Assembly: GCA_965218585.1 (NCBI GenBank)
Contig: CBDCLE010000002.1
Span: 1-64,000, forward strand
Reading direction: 5' to 3'
Source: Terriglobia bacterium
GTDB taxonomy: Bacteria; Acidobacteriota; Terriglobia; 20CM-2-55-15
Length of the DNA stretch: 64,000 bases
The translations under genes were made by a program, and so were the position numbers. Shown piece by piece: positions 20,530-29,910 of the stretch (positions are counted from its first letter, which is position 1; every line of letters begins with the position of its first letter). Below the pieces are notes generated by a model. The model made no database searches. It was not told where the DNA came from and was given only the letters and a program-made list of their open reading frames with translations.

Positions 20530-21459
20530 ATGATTTGGAACGTGACCCCCAGTTCAAGAGCAACAGTCCGGGCGATACAGGAGCAAGGATTCCAGAGACT
20601 ATTCTTCAGGCTTATATGTGGTCTCGTATTTGCTGGCTTCGGTGTGAGTACGCTGGCCGAGCAGCTTCCGCAGCTGGCGGAGAGTCAGAGCCCGCCGTCT
20701 GCGCGTGAATCCGTTCAGGTCGATCTGACCGGATATTGGGTCTCCCTCGTCACCGAAGAGTGGCGCTGGAGGATGATGACACCGCCCAAGGGCGACTATT
20801 CCAGCGTTCCTCTCAACGTTCAAGGGGTCGAGGTCGCCGGTCGGTGGGATCTTGCCAGAGACGAAGCCAACGGCGAACAGTGCAAACCATTTGGTGCGGC
20901 CGGGCTCATGCGCCTTCCGCTACGTGTGCGCATCAGCTGGCCGGACGACGATACGTTGACCCTCGAGAGTGACGCAGGACAGCAGACACGCTTGTTCAAT
21001 TTTGGCGACACCGCGCAGCCAGCCACTCGGAGAACGTGGCAAGGATTCTCCGTTGCGGAGTGGACGCGGCCGGTGCCCGAGCCGGGGGGCAGAGGAAGAG
21101 GCAGAGGCAGAGGCGCGGATGAGACAGCCGCCACACCCACCCCGTTCCGCAGTTCACTCAAGATGGTGACCGAGAACTTGCGAGCAGGGTATTTGCGTAA
21201 GAACGGTGTGCCGTACAGTGAAAATGCCGTGGTGACAGAGTACTACGAGCGAGTCTCGGGATTTGGAAATGACTACATGACGGTCACAACTATTGTTGAA
21301 GATCCGATGTACCTGACAGCTCCGTTCGTTACCAGTTCGCATTTCAAGCGGGAACCCGATGGATCGAAATGGAATCCGACTCCGTGCCAGACCGATCCGC
21401 CCCTGATAGCGCCGGTGGCTGGATCGTCGGTGCAGGATGGGGAGGTGCCCGGTCGATGA
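20530..21459 (+). CDS. Secreted hypothetical protein, paralogous to the N-terminal domain of the next gene
   Basis: Signal-like N-terminus; DLTGYW..PLN..CKP..LRAGYLRKNG..TEY..EDPMYLTAPFV. Confidence 0.8.
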   Translation: MIWNVTPSSRATVRAIQEQGFQRLFFRLICGLVFAGFGVSTLAEQLPQLAESQSPPSARESVQVDLTGYWVSLVTEEWRWRMMTPPKGDYSSVPLNVQGVEVAGRWDLARDEANGEQCKPFGAAGLMRLPLRVRISWPDDDTLTLESDAGQQTRLFNFGDTAQPATRRTWQGFSVAEWTRPVPEPGGRGRGRGRGADETAATPTPFRSSLKMVTENLRAGYLRKNGVPYSENAVVTEYYERVSGFGNDYMTVTTIVEDPMYLTAPFVTSSHFKREPDGSKWNPTPCQTDPPLIAPVAGSSVQDGEVPGR

Positions 21460-21493
21460 CCTCCACCTCCGGCACGGATTTGGGAGAATAGCG

Positions 21494-23323
21494 ATGCAAG
21501 GAAGATGTGAGAAAAACGTCTGCGCACTGTGTATAGTCCTCGTGCTTCTAACGTTATCCGCAAGTCAGAACGCATTTGCGCAGGCCGATTTAGTCGGCGA
21601 TTGGGAGCATCCATCTGGGCCAGGTCCCCGTTTTCACGAAGACGTGTTGGACCGTCAAGCCGGGCCGGAGCCCGGTGACTTTCCGGCGCTTCCGCTCAAC
21701 GAGGCGGGCATTGCCCTCGCTGAAAGCTGGTCAGCGTCGTGGCTGACCGTACCAGAGCGGTCGTGCACACCTCATCCGGCAACATACCAGGTTTGGGGTG
21801 TGGGAGGATTGACCATCTACAAGGAGTACGATCCTACGAGTCGGGAATTGATTGCTTACCGGTTCGACGGCACCTACGGTCTAGACCGAATCATCTGGAT
21901 GGATGGTCGAGGGCATCCTCCCGAAGAAGCGCCCCACACGTTTAACGGATTCTCCACAGGCAGATACGAGGGCGACACACTTGTAGTTGAAACTTCGCAC
22001 CTCCGGGGAAACTGGCTTAGACGCAACGGTACGAATCTCAGCGATCAAACGACGATGATCGAGTATTTCAATCAGCACGACAACTACATAACGTATGTCG
22101 AGATGGTCAACGACCCCGTCTATCTATCCGAGCCGTTTGTCAGGACGACGGAGTACGTCCGGGTTCCACGGCCGCCGGCTCGGCTAGCCGGTACCGTCTC
22201 CTGGGCTCGCGGCTCCACGTTCTACAAATGTTTTCCGTCTGATGAACTGGCCACTGAGCCGCATCGTGTGCCGCATTTTCTACCGGGCACGAACCCCTTT
22301 CTGGATGAGTGGGCCGATCTCTACGGTGTTCCTCGATGGGTTATACGTATTGGCACGCCAACGATGTACCCGGAGTTCATGCAGCAAATGAAGCAAGGTG
22401 AACCTCCACAGAGTGCGGGCCAGCCCGGAACGAGCCAAGAGCCTGGGCGTGCGGACGAGAGCAACATGGCGAATACTGGAGTGCGCTCCTTACACGTGAA
22501 TGGTCAGGTTTGGATGGTATCCGGGGGGGGCGCTAACGTCACCGTGCAGGTGGGCAATGAAGGAGTGCTCGTCGTCGACACGGGCCGCGAGGAGATGGCC
22601 GATAGCATCCTCGCAGAGATTAGAACAATCGCCGGCGATAAACCGATTCGATACATCGTCAACACGAACTGGAATCTTGATCACACGGGCGGCAACGAGA
22701 AGCTGGGAGAAGGGGCTACGAGCCCGATTCCCCAGCGTGCGTCTGTGATCGCTCATGAGAACGCCCTTCTAAGCCTCCTGGACCTTGGCACGACAGGTGA
22801 GAGCTTACCCCGGGACACTTTCTTCAGCGCCAGCAAGCAGGTTCGTTTCAATGACGAACCGATAGAAATCATTCACTTGCCCGCGGGACACACGGACGGT
22901 GACGTGCTGGTATATTTCCGCAAGTCGGACGTGCTCAGCGTGGGTGATGTCCTGTCGTCGTCGGACTACCCCGTCATCAGGCCGGAGGAGGGAGGCAGTA
23001 TTACTGGAGTCATAGACGCGCTGAACCGCGTCATCGACATCACCGTTGCGGACTGGCGTCAGCAGGGCGGCACCTACGTCGTACCCGGCCACGGGCGCAT
23101 CCATGACGAAACTGATGTGGTCAACTACAGGGATGTCTTAGTGATCATTCGTGATCGGGTCCAGGACCTGATCGCTAAAGGCATGACGCTCGAACAGATC
23201 CGAGCAGAAAGTCCGAGCAGGGAGTATGACGTGCGGTACGGCCGAAGCACGGGGTCATGGACCACCGACATGTTTATCGAGGCGGTATACGAGAACCTCA
23301 CTGCCCAGGGGATCGATGATTAA
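21494..23323 (+). CDS. Secreted hypothetical domain fused to a metallo-beta-lactamase-fold (cyclase-like) domain with a degenerate metal motif
   Basis: ATG 21494 with GGAG RBS; signal peptide; C-terminal VVDTG, NTNWNLDHTGGN, HTDGD, VGD, VPGHG. Confidence 0.82.
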   Translation: MQGRCEKNVCALCIVLVLLTLSASQNAFAQADLVGDWEHPSGPGPRFHEDVLDRQAGPEPGDFPALPLNEAGIALAESWSASWLTVPERSCTPHPATYQVWGVGGLTIYKEYDPTSRELIAYRFDGTYGLDRIIWMDGRGHPPEEAPHTFNGFSTGRYEGDTLVVETSHLRGNWLRRNGTNLSDQTTMIEYFNQHDNYITYVEMVNDPVYLSEPFVRTTEYVRVPRPPARLAGTVSWARGSTFYKCFPSDELATEPHRVPHFLPGTNPFLDEWADLYGVPRWVIRIGTPTMYPEFMQQMKQGEPPQSAGQPGTSQEPGRADESNMANTGVRSLHVNGQVWMVSGGGANVTVQVGNEGVLVVDTGREEMADSILAEIRTIAGDKPIRYIVNTNWNLDHTGGNEKLGEGATSPIPQRASVIAHENALLSLLDLGTTGESLPRDTFFSASKQVRFNDEPIEIIHLPAGHTDGDVLVYFRKSDVLSVGDVLSSSDYPVIRPEEGGSITGVIDALNRVIDITVADWRQQGGTYVVPGHGRIHDETDVVNYRDVLVIIRDRVQDLIAKGMTLEQIRAESPSREYDVRYGRSTGSWTTDMFIEAVYENLTAQGIDD

Positions 23324-23419
23324 GGGGATTGTAAAGCCCGGGTGTCGATATTGCGGAATCCGAAAACACCTGCTGAAAGATAACGCTATTGTTGGCGCAT
23401 TATGTGACGGGAGGTATCG

Positions 23420-23835
23420 ATGAAAAGTAGATTGATTCTGTCGACCGTGTTGGCAGTTCTGGTATCGGGTGTGGCCGCTTGCGCGCATCACTCTTATGCG
23501 GCAACCTACGACTCAAACAAGCAGGTTACCATTGAAGGAAACGTGGCTCAGTTCGTGCTCCGGAATCCCCATTCGTATGTTCACATTTTCGCCCCCGACG
23601 AGAACGGAGACATGCAGAGGTGGGCTGTGGAGTGGGGGGGGCGCCGGTCAGTTGATCGCTCAGGGCATCACGCGCGATACGTTAGTGCCGCGTGATCTGG
23701 TCGTCATCACCGGTGATGCGGGACGTGATCCGGCAGACCACAGACTCCTTATGAAAACGATCGAACGGCTAAACGATCGAACGGCTAAAGGATGGGTTCA
23801 CTTGGGGTACGGGTCCGGATGAGGTCGTAGACTAA
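23420..23835 (+). pseudogene. DUF6152-like small secreted protein, disrupted by +1 G and a 16-bp tandem duplication
   Basis: Signal + AHHSYAATYD..NPHS..WAVEW. G8 at 23634-23641; aaacgatcgaacggct x2 at 23755-23786. Removing both gives ..IERLKDGFTWGTGPDEVVD* ending at TAA 23835. Confidence 0.75.
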
Positions 23836-23951
23836 CGGTCAAATCGTTGCGGCCCGAAGCAGCAGTAGACTCGCACTCTTGCATACGCATCCACCTATAT
23901 TTATCAACTACTTAGAAAATTAACAGGTTCCGAGTCGCGAACTCGCTCTAT

Positions 23952-24004
23952 TTAGGGGCTTGACACATTAGGGGCTTGACACAAACCCGATCACGCTATA
24001 TTAC
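23952..24004 (+). promoter_or_regulatory. Candidate sigma70 promoter of the TonB receptor, with a duplicated -35 (16-bp tandem repeat)
   Basis: ttaggggcttgacaca x2 (23952-23983), each containing TTGACA, followed by TATATTAC at 23997-24004. Confidence 0.55.
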
Positions 24005-24191
24005 GGATGTCACACGGAGCTATGCCCTCGGGGGTATGGTATGTGTGGGGTGTCTGTGGTGTCCGCATGCACGGCGGGATTTCCGTTGATGTTCGCCGGA
24101 ACGGCGCGCCCCAAAAAACGCGCACCCAGAAAAGGCTGGGACGCGGATTTGCAGCTCATGTCCACAAGAGCAAATGTGGAGGAGGAAATCA

Positions 24192-27100
24192 ATGAATCGA
24201 GTTTTTAGAACTCTATTGACGGGGATACCCGTCCTGGTCCTGTCGACTGCGATGGTCTTTGCGCAGGGTACAGGCCAGATCAGTGGGCGGGTCACTGATG
24301 CGACCGGCGCTGTGCTGCCGGGCGTGGATGTCGCCCTGACACAGACCGGCACGGGCGTAGTCCGCTCGGCGGTCAGTAATGAAACGGGAAGCTTCAACTT
24401 TGCGGCCTTGAACCCGGCCCAATACCAGCTCGAAGTCTCCCTGCCCGGATTCCAGACCTTTATCCAGACCGACATCGGATTGCAGGTCAACGACGCCCTG
24501 GTGATCGACGCGGTTCTCCAGGTGGGTCAGGTGGCCCAGACGATCGAGGTGACCGCCAATTCGGAAATCCAAGTGGAGACCCGGACCCTGGGCATCAGCG
24601 ACGTCATCGAGAACCAGCGGATCGTGGAGCTTCCGTTGAACGGCCGCCAGGTGACCGACCTGATCACGCTGGCCGGTGGTGCCGTCGAGGTGGGGGATTC
24701 TCCGCCATGGTCGATGGAAACGGGTGTGAACATCTCCGTTGCCGGTGGCACACGCTTCGGTGTTGCGTATTCACTGGACGGCGCCACCCATTCGAACCCC
24801 TATGACGCGACGTCCTATCCGGTACCCTTCCCGGACGCGCTCCAGGAATTCTCGGTTAACCGGAGTTCGCAGGGGGCTCAGACCGGGCGCGCCACGGGCG
24901 CCGCGGTCAATGCGGTCACGCAGACCGGCACCAACGAGCTTCACGGCAACGTGTTCTGGTTTGTCCGCAACGCCGTCTTCAACGCCAGACAGGGTACCGC
25001 CCGGACGAAGGACCAGCTGAAAAGAAATCAGTACGGTTTCACCGTTGGCGGACCCCTCGTCGAGAACAAGCTGTTTGCCTTTGGCGGCTTCGAGGGCACG
25101 AAGATACGGACCTCAGGGAGCACCCGAACTTCGGTTGTCCCTACCGCGGCCATGCTCGCCGGCGACTGGACCGCTTACAACGCCTGTTTCAACCCCCGCT
25201 ACAACGGCAGTCCTGAAGGTCGGGACTTCGCCGATGGCACGATCGACCCGACACTCTTCAGCAACGCAGCCAAGCTGATCAGCGCACGGCTGCCCGCCGC
25301 CGAGGATGCGTGCGGGAACGTTACGTGGGGTGTCCCGACAGCGAACGACAACAAGCAGTTCATCAGCCGGCTAGACTACCAGGCTAACCAGGACCATTCG
25401 TTCTTCGGACGCGCCATATTCTCACTCCAGGACGCGCCTCCGTTGTATACCGATGGGTCGTCCAACGTCCTGACAACGGCGAATATTACGGGCGTCGACG
25501 ATGTACACACGGGCATAACCTTTGGCGAGACCTGGCTGATCAGCCCGACGATGATCAACTCGGCTCGATTTGCCTTCAACCGGATCGGGATGACCCACGC
25601 CGGCGCGCGTTTCTTCAACCCCGAAGAAGTCGGCGTCTTGAACACGTGGAGCTCGGTTCCGAACCACTGGTCGCTGAACGCGGGCAGCTTCCGCTTCGGC
25701 AGCGGCGTCCGTGGCCTGGCCCTGATGGTGAACAACCAGTATCAGATCAGTGACGATGTCACGATGACCAAGGGTAACCACCAGATCGGCTTCGGCGGCT
25801 CCTGGAACCGCACGTATGTCACGGCCGAACACCACGTCCGGTCGGTTTCACCGCTTACGATCGGATCGAACGTGACCGGCAACAACTTGTCAGACTTCAT
25901 GCTGGGACGTGTGGGCCGGCTTCTGCAGTCCATGCCCAACCCGCTGGCGGAGTACCAGGACTACATCGGGCTCTATATTTCCGATACCTGGAGAGCGACG
26001 GACAACCTGACGTTCAACCTCGGTGTGCGTTGGGAGCCATATCTGCCGCAGTTCGGCTATGAAGATGTCTCGGGCGCGGTCCGGCAGTACACATTCAGCC
26101 GGGAAGGCTTCATGTCGGGTGTCCAGAGTACTGTGTTCCCAGGTGCTCCCGGCGGCTTCCTGTATCCGGGAGATAACGGTTACGCCAATGGAACGGCCGG
26201 CACGGACAACAACTTCAACCAGTGGCTGCCGCGCGTCGGTTTGTCCTGGGATCCGACCGGAGAAGGGCGGACCTCGATCCGTTCCGGATTCGGGCTCGCC
26301 TATGACGTCCTGAACATGCAGCTCCGCCACCAGGCTGCGGTGTCTTCGCCCTGGTCGGGAGAAGTCCAGCGCACCAACCTGAGCCTGGACAATGTGTGGG
26401 AAGGCGTCGCCGGCGGAAACCCGTTCCCGTTCGACTGGCAGCAGAACGCTCTGTTCCTGCCCAACGGCACGTACATGTCGAACGAACCGTCCACGGGAAC
26501 GCCGTACACCATTTCGTGGAACCTGGGTGTCCAGCAGCAGATCGGCGACACCCTGTTGAGTGTGACTTACCTGGGCAGCCAGGGCGTCCACCTGCCGAAC
26601 GTCGCGCCGCGTAACCCGATCCAGGTCCTGACGGCGGGAACCCATCCGGGCCTGTTCCCGGATGCCAGCGTGGACTCGTGCGTTCTGGAAGGCCGAACCT
26701 TCACGCCGTGCAACCAGCGGGGGAGCCGCTCCCAGAGGCGGGAACTCCGCTTATGGGCCCAGGCCAACGGCACGGCTGCTCAAAAGACCGAGTCGCTGCT
26801 GCTCGGGTATATCGATGCGTATGCGTCGGAAGGCACGTCCACCTATCACGGACTGCTCACCTCCATCCGCGGCCAAGTCGCCGGGATCAACCTCAACGCC
26901 AACCACACCTGGTCCCAGTGCATCAGCGACTACACCCAGAGCTTCGTTCCGGGTGTCCGGGCCAACTACAAGGTGGGGCATGACCGCGGGCATTGTATCG
27001 CCGACAGGCGGCACATCTTCAACCTGACCGCCGTGGCATCAACGCCTGAGTTCGCCAACCGTGGCGCCAACGCCATCCTTGGCGACTGGACGTTCTCAAC

Positions 27101-27539
27101 GATCCTGCGGATGTCTTCGGGGCGCTATCTCGACATCGACACCGGTGCGGATTACTCGGGACAGGACCAGAGAGACCAGCGGCCGAACCAGATTATGGAT
27201 AACATTCGTCTGGACGGGTCGGGCGAGCTGAACACCAGGCTCTTTAATCCGGCCGCCTTCGCCCCCGTGTGTCCGACCTCGGCTTCCTGCGGACAGTTCG
27301 GCGACGTCGGCTACCGCTCCGCCCTGGGTATCGGCAGCTGGGATCTGGATGTAGCACTGTCCAGAGCCTTCAACATCACCGAAAACCAGTCGTTTGAAGT
27401 CCGAGCGGAAGCGTTCAACCTGACCAACAGCATGAAAGCGATCAATCCCAGCGGCAACTGGTCGAGCGGTCAATTCGGCTTCATCAGGCGCGTAGAGGAC
27501 CCACGCATCATGCAGTTCGCTTTGAAGTACACCTTCTAA
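24192..27539 (+). CDS. TonB-dependent receptor with N-terminal carboxypeptidase-regulatory-like domain (Oar-like)
   Basis: GGAGG RBS; GQISGRVTDATGAVLPGV, LPLNGRQ, PDALQEF, NLGVRWE, C-terminal PRIMQFALKYTF. Confidence 0.92.
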   Translation: MNRVFRTLLTGIPVLVLSTAMVFAQGTGQISGRVTDATGAVLPGVDVALTQTGTGVVRSAVSNETGSFNFAALNPAQYQLEVSLPGFQTFIQTDIGLQVNDALVIDAVLQVGQVAQTIEVTANSEIQVETRTLGISDVIENQRIVELPLNGRQVTDLITLAGGAVEVGDSPPWSMETGVNISVAGGTRFGVAYSLDGATHSNPYDATSYPVPFPDALQEFSVNRSSQGAQTGRATGAAVNAVTQTGTNELHGNVFWFVRNAVFNARQGTARTKDQLKRNQYGFTVGGPLVENKLFAFGGFEGTKIRTSGSTRTSVVPTAAMLAGDWTAYNACFNPRYNGSPEGRDFADGTIDPTLFSNAAKLISARLPAAEDACGNVTWGVPTANDNKQFISRLDYQANQDHSFFGRAIFSLQDAPPLYTDGSSNVLTTANITGVDDVHTGITFGETWLISPTMINSARFAFNRIGMTHAGARFFNPEEVGVLNTWSSVPNHWSLNAGSFRFGSGVRGLALMVNNQYQISDDVTMTKGNHQIGFGGSWNRTYVTAEHHVRSVSPLTIGSNVTGNNLSDFMLGRVGRLLQSMPNPLAEYQDYIGLYISDTWRATDNLTFNLGVRWEPYLPQFGYEDVSGAVRQYTFSREGFMSGVQSTVFPGAPGGFLYPGDNGYANGTAGTDNNFNQWLPRVGLSWDPTGEGRTSIRSGFGLAYDVLNMQLRHQAAVSSPWSGEVQRTNLSLDNVWEGVAGGNPFPFDWQQNALFLPNGTYMSNEPSTGTPYTISWNLGVQQQIGDTLLSVTYLGSQGVHLPNVAPRNPIQVLTAGTHPGLFPDASVDSCVLEGRTFTPCNQRGSRSQRRELRLWAQANGTAAQKTESLLLGYIDAYASEGTSTYHGLLTSIRGQVAGINLNANHTWSQCISDYTQSFVPGVRANYKVGHDRGHCIADRRHIFNLTAVASTPEFANRGANAILGDWTFSTILRMSSGRYLDIDTGADYSGQDQRDQRPNQIMDNIRLDGSGELNTRLFNPAAFAPVCPTSASCGQFGDVGYRSALGIGSWDLDVALSRAFNITENQSFEVRAEAFNLTNSMKAINPSGNWSSGQFGFIRRVEDPRIMQFALKYTF

Positions 27540-27555
27540 GCTGCATCAGCGTTCG

Positions 27556-27586
27556 AAAGGGGGAGGGCTTAAGCCCTCCCTTTTTT
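27556..27586 (+). terminator. Rho-independent terminator after the TonB receptor
   Basis: gggagggct-ta-agccctccc followed by T6. Confidence 0.85.
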
Positions 27587-27651
27587 ATTGCCTGTTCTCT
27601 TCAATATTCACGACACCCTCTTCCGTACGCGCACTTCTGCACATACTTCTT

Positions 27652-27715
27652 CTGTAGGTGCGCTCTATGAGCGCACAAATTTAATTCTGAGTGCGGTCAT
27701 AGGCCGCACCTACAG
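27652..27715. repeat. REPIN-like inverted pair of GTAG REP palindromes
   Basis: ctgtag-gtgcgctc-tat-gagcgcac ... gtgcggtc-ata-ggccgcac-ctacag. Confidence 0.8.
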
Positions 27716-27737
27716 TCGTGCCATTTACAATGGCTGA

Positions 27738-28112
27738 ATGTACCTGGTAGATGGCAACAACGTGATGGGACAGTGAGTGGGCTGGCACCGGGACAAGCCT
27801 GCAGCCCAGCGGCGACTCATGTCGGAGCTTTCGGAAATGAGTCGACGCGAAAGCGTACCCGTGAGGGTCGTCTTCGATGGTGCGCCGCCCGACGGGTTAA
27901 GCGACGGAGATACGGTTGACGGCATCAGTGTGTTCTTTGCCCGTCCCGGTTCCGACGCTGATGAAAGGATTGTCGAGCTAGCCAGGGACGCACCCGAACC
28001 TGCAACGATTCATGCGGTCACTTCAGACAGGCAGCTCAGAGATCGCCTGACCGCCCTCGGTTTAAGGACCATACGGTCAGGGCGATTTCGTCAGCTGCTC
28101 GAGGAAGAGTAA
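27738..28112 (+). pseudogene. NYN/YacP-like PIN-fold ribonuclease with an in-frame TGA at codon 13
   Basis: MYLVDGNNVMGQ*VGWH..VVFDG..SDADERI..VTSDRQL; TGA at 27774-27776; TACAAT 6 nt upstream of the ATG (leaderless-like). Confidence 0.75.
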
Positions 28113-28113
28113 G

Positions 28114-28665
28114 CTATGTCGCCTGCCAGTTCTTCCTGAGCATTGCGTAACCCACGAGGTCAACAAAGTGGTCATTGACCCACATCTTTTCCCTTGAAAC
28201 CCCTTCCTCTCGAAACCCCAACCGCCGGGCAACAGCCCGGCTTTTCGTGTTGTCTACTCCGGTATTGATTTCGACCCGGTTGAGGTTCCACTCAGAAAAA
28301 GCGTAGTCAGTCATTGCGCGGGTTGCTTTTGTGGCGATGCCTCTGCCCTGATAGTCCTCGCCGACCCAATACCCAAGCTCCGTTCTTCTGTTTATTTGGT
28401 CCAGATACACACAGCCGATGACACCCACTATGCTTCCTTCCAGACGAATACAGCACTGCACGCCGTTGCCTTCAGCGTATTGCTCCTCTGAACGGTTCAC
28501 GAAGTCCAACGTGTCCTTCGAGGTTTCGCTCGAATCAACCCACGGGAACCACTCTCTCAGGTAATCGCGACAACTCTCGATCAGAGCGAAGATCTCCTGG
28601 GCGTCTTCGGCTTGAACTCTTGTGAGCCAAACTCCCTCACCTATGTCGAGCTTGTCAAAGGTCAT
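28114..28665 (-). CDS. GNAT N-acetyltransferase, RimJ/RimL family
   Basis: YLREWFPW, ELGYWVGEDYQGRGIAT, LNRVEI, NTKSRAVARRLGFREEG. Confidence 0.88.
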   Translation of the reverse strand: MTFDKLDIGEGVWLTRVQAEDAQEIFALIESCRDYLREWFPWVDSSETSKDTLDFVNRSEEQYAEGNGVQCCIRLEGSIVGVIGCVYLDQINRRTELGYWVGEDYQGRGIATKATRAMTDYAFSEWNLNRVEINTGVDNTKSRAVARRLGFREEGVSREKMWVNDHFVDLVGYAMLRKNWQAT

Positions 28666-28679
28666 ATAGGAGAGAAACG

Positions 28680-28970
28680 CTACTGCTCGGAGTGAGTGTT
28701 CAGAGGCGTCATCCCGCCCCGGTTGATCAGATCGATATCGGTCCACTGGCCATCGATTTCAACGACCATCCTGCCGTGTGGCTGCTGTGCGGGCAGTGAC
28801 CCCGGTCTTGTGATCAAGATGCCTGCCCTATCAGAGAGCGGAATCCAGGCCTCTGCACTCACACCCGGTGGCATCGCTGATTCTGTCTGCGCCAACGTAG
28901 CGCGTGCGGGGTTCGACAAGAAGACGGCGGCCAGTGTCAGGACGGTAAGGGCTAAGAAAAGTGGTTTCAT
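28680..28970 (-). CDS. Small secreted hypothetical protein
   Basis: ATG 28970 with GGAGG; signal peptide; PPGVSAEAWIPLSD. Confidence 0.65.
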   Translation of the reverse strand: MKPLFLALTVLTLAAVFLSNPARATLAQTESAMPPGVSAEAWIPLSDRAGILITRPGSLPAQQPHGRMVVEIDGQWTDIDLINRGGMTPLNTHSEQ

Positions 28971-29160
28971 TCTGTGGTCCTCCATCGTCAGATTGTGCTT
29001 ATAGACGGAGCGGGGCAGAATCGGTTAGACCAACAGCGCAAGCTTAGTATCTCAAGAGTGATCGGTCGAATTTGGGAGTCTATTCCGTAAACTCGAGCAG
29101 ACTCTGGTAAGCATGGGAGAATGAAAGACCCAACCACGAGACCAACAAAGGAGAACAGAA

Positions 29161-29910
29161 ATGGCAACGTTGAACGAGAAGCAACTGGAACTGTGTGCCC
29201 AGAGCAGATGGGATTTCTCTGACCTGAAGGCTTTGTTCATAAACTGCACATTGAAGCGATCGCCCGAACTCTCGCACACTCAGGGGCTCGTCGACATTTC
29301 CCAGGCCATCATGGAGAAGAACAGCGTGTCGGTCGAGGTACTGCGTGCGGTAGATTACGACATTGCGTACGGCGTCTGGCCCGACATGAAGGAACACGGC
29401 TGGGAGAATGATCATTGGCCCTCGATTCTCGAAAAGGTGATGGCATCGGACATCCTTGTCCTTACGTCATCCATATGGCTGGGCGAGAAAACCTCGGTCT
29501 GTACCAAGGTGATCGAACGACTGTACTCGGCTTCGGGACAGCTCAACAGCGGCGGGCAGTACGCCTACTACGGCCGGGTTGGTGGATGTCTGATAACCGG
29601 GAACGACGATGGCGCCAAACACTGTGCGATGAACATCCTGTATTCACTGCAGCATATCGGATACGTCATCCCACCGCAGGCTGACGCAGCGTGGCTCGGC
29701 GAGGCGGGGCCCGGGCCTTCCTATCTGGACGAAGGATCCGGCGGGCCCGAAAACGACTTCACGAATCGCAATACGACCTTCATGACATGGAATTTGCTGC
29801 ACCTGGCACGTATGTTCAAAGACGCTGGAGGAATCGCGGCCCATGGCAATCAACGCGCAGCATGGGACGCAGGCTGCAGGGCCGATTTTCCAAATCCGGA
29901 ATATCGCTAG
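29161..29910 (+). CDS. Flavodoxin-like / NADPH-dependent FMN reductase family protein
   Basis: INCTLKRSPELSHT, SSIWLGE, GRVGGCLITGNDDG; its TAG stop is part of the IS1380 target CTAG. Confidence 0.85.
   Translation: MATLNEKQLELCAQSRWDFSDLKALFINCTLKRSPELSHTQGLVDISQAIMEKNSVSVEVLRAVDYDIAYGVWPDMKEHGWENDHWPSILEKVMASDILVLTSSIWLGEKTSVCTKVIERLYSASGQLNSGGQYAYYGRVGGCLITGNDDGAKHCAMNILYSLQHIGYVIPPQADAAWLGEAGPGPSYLDEGSGGPENDFTNRNTTFMTWNLLHLARMFKDAGGIAAHGNQRAAWDAGCRADFPNPEYR

Noticed and set aside
23895-23925. AT-rich ttatcaactacttag as a dif/Xer or attachment site
   Set aside because: No convincing two-arm dif consensus and no integrase nearby.
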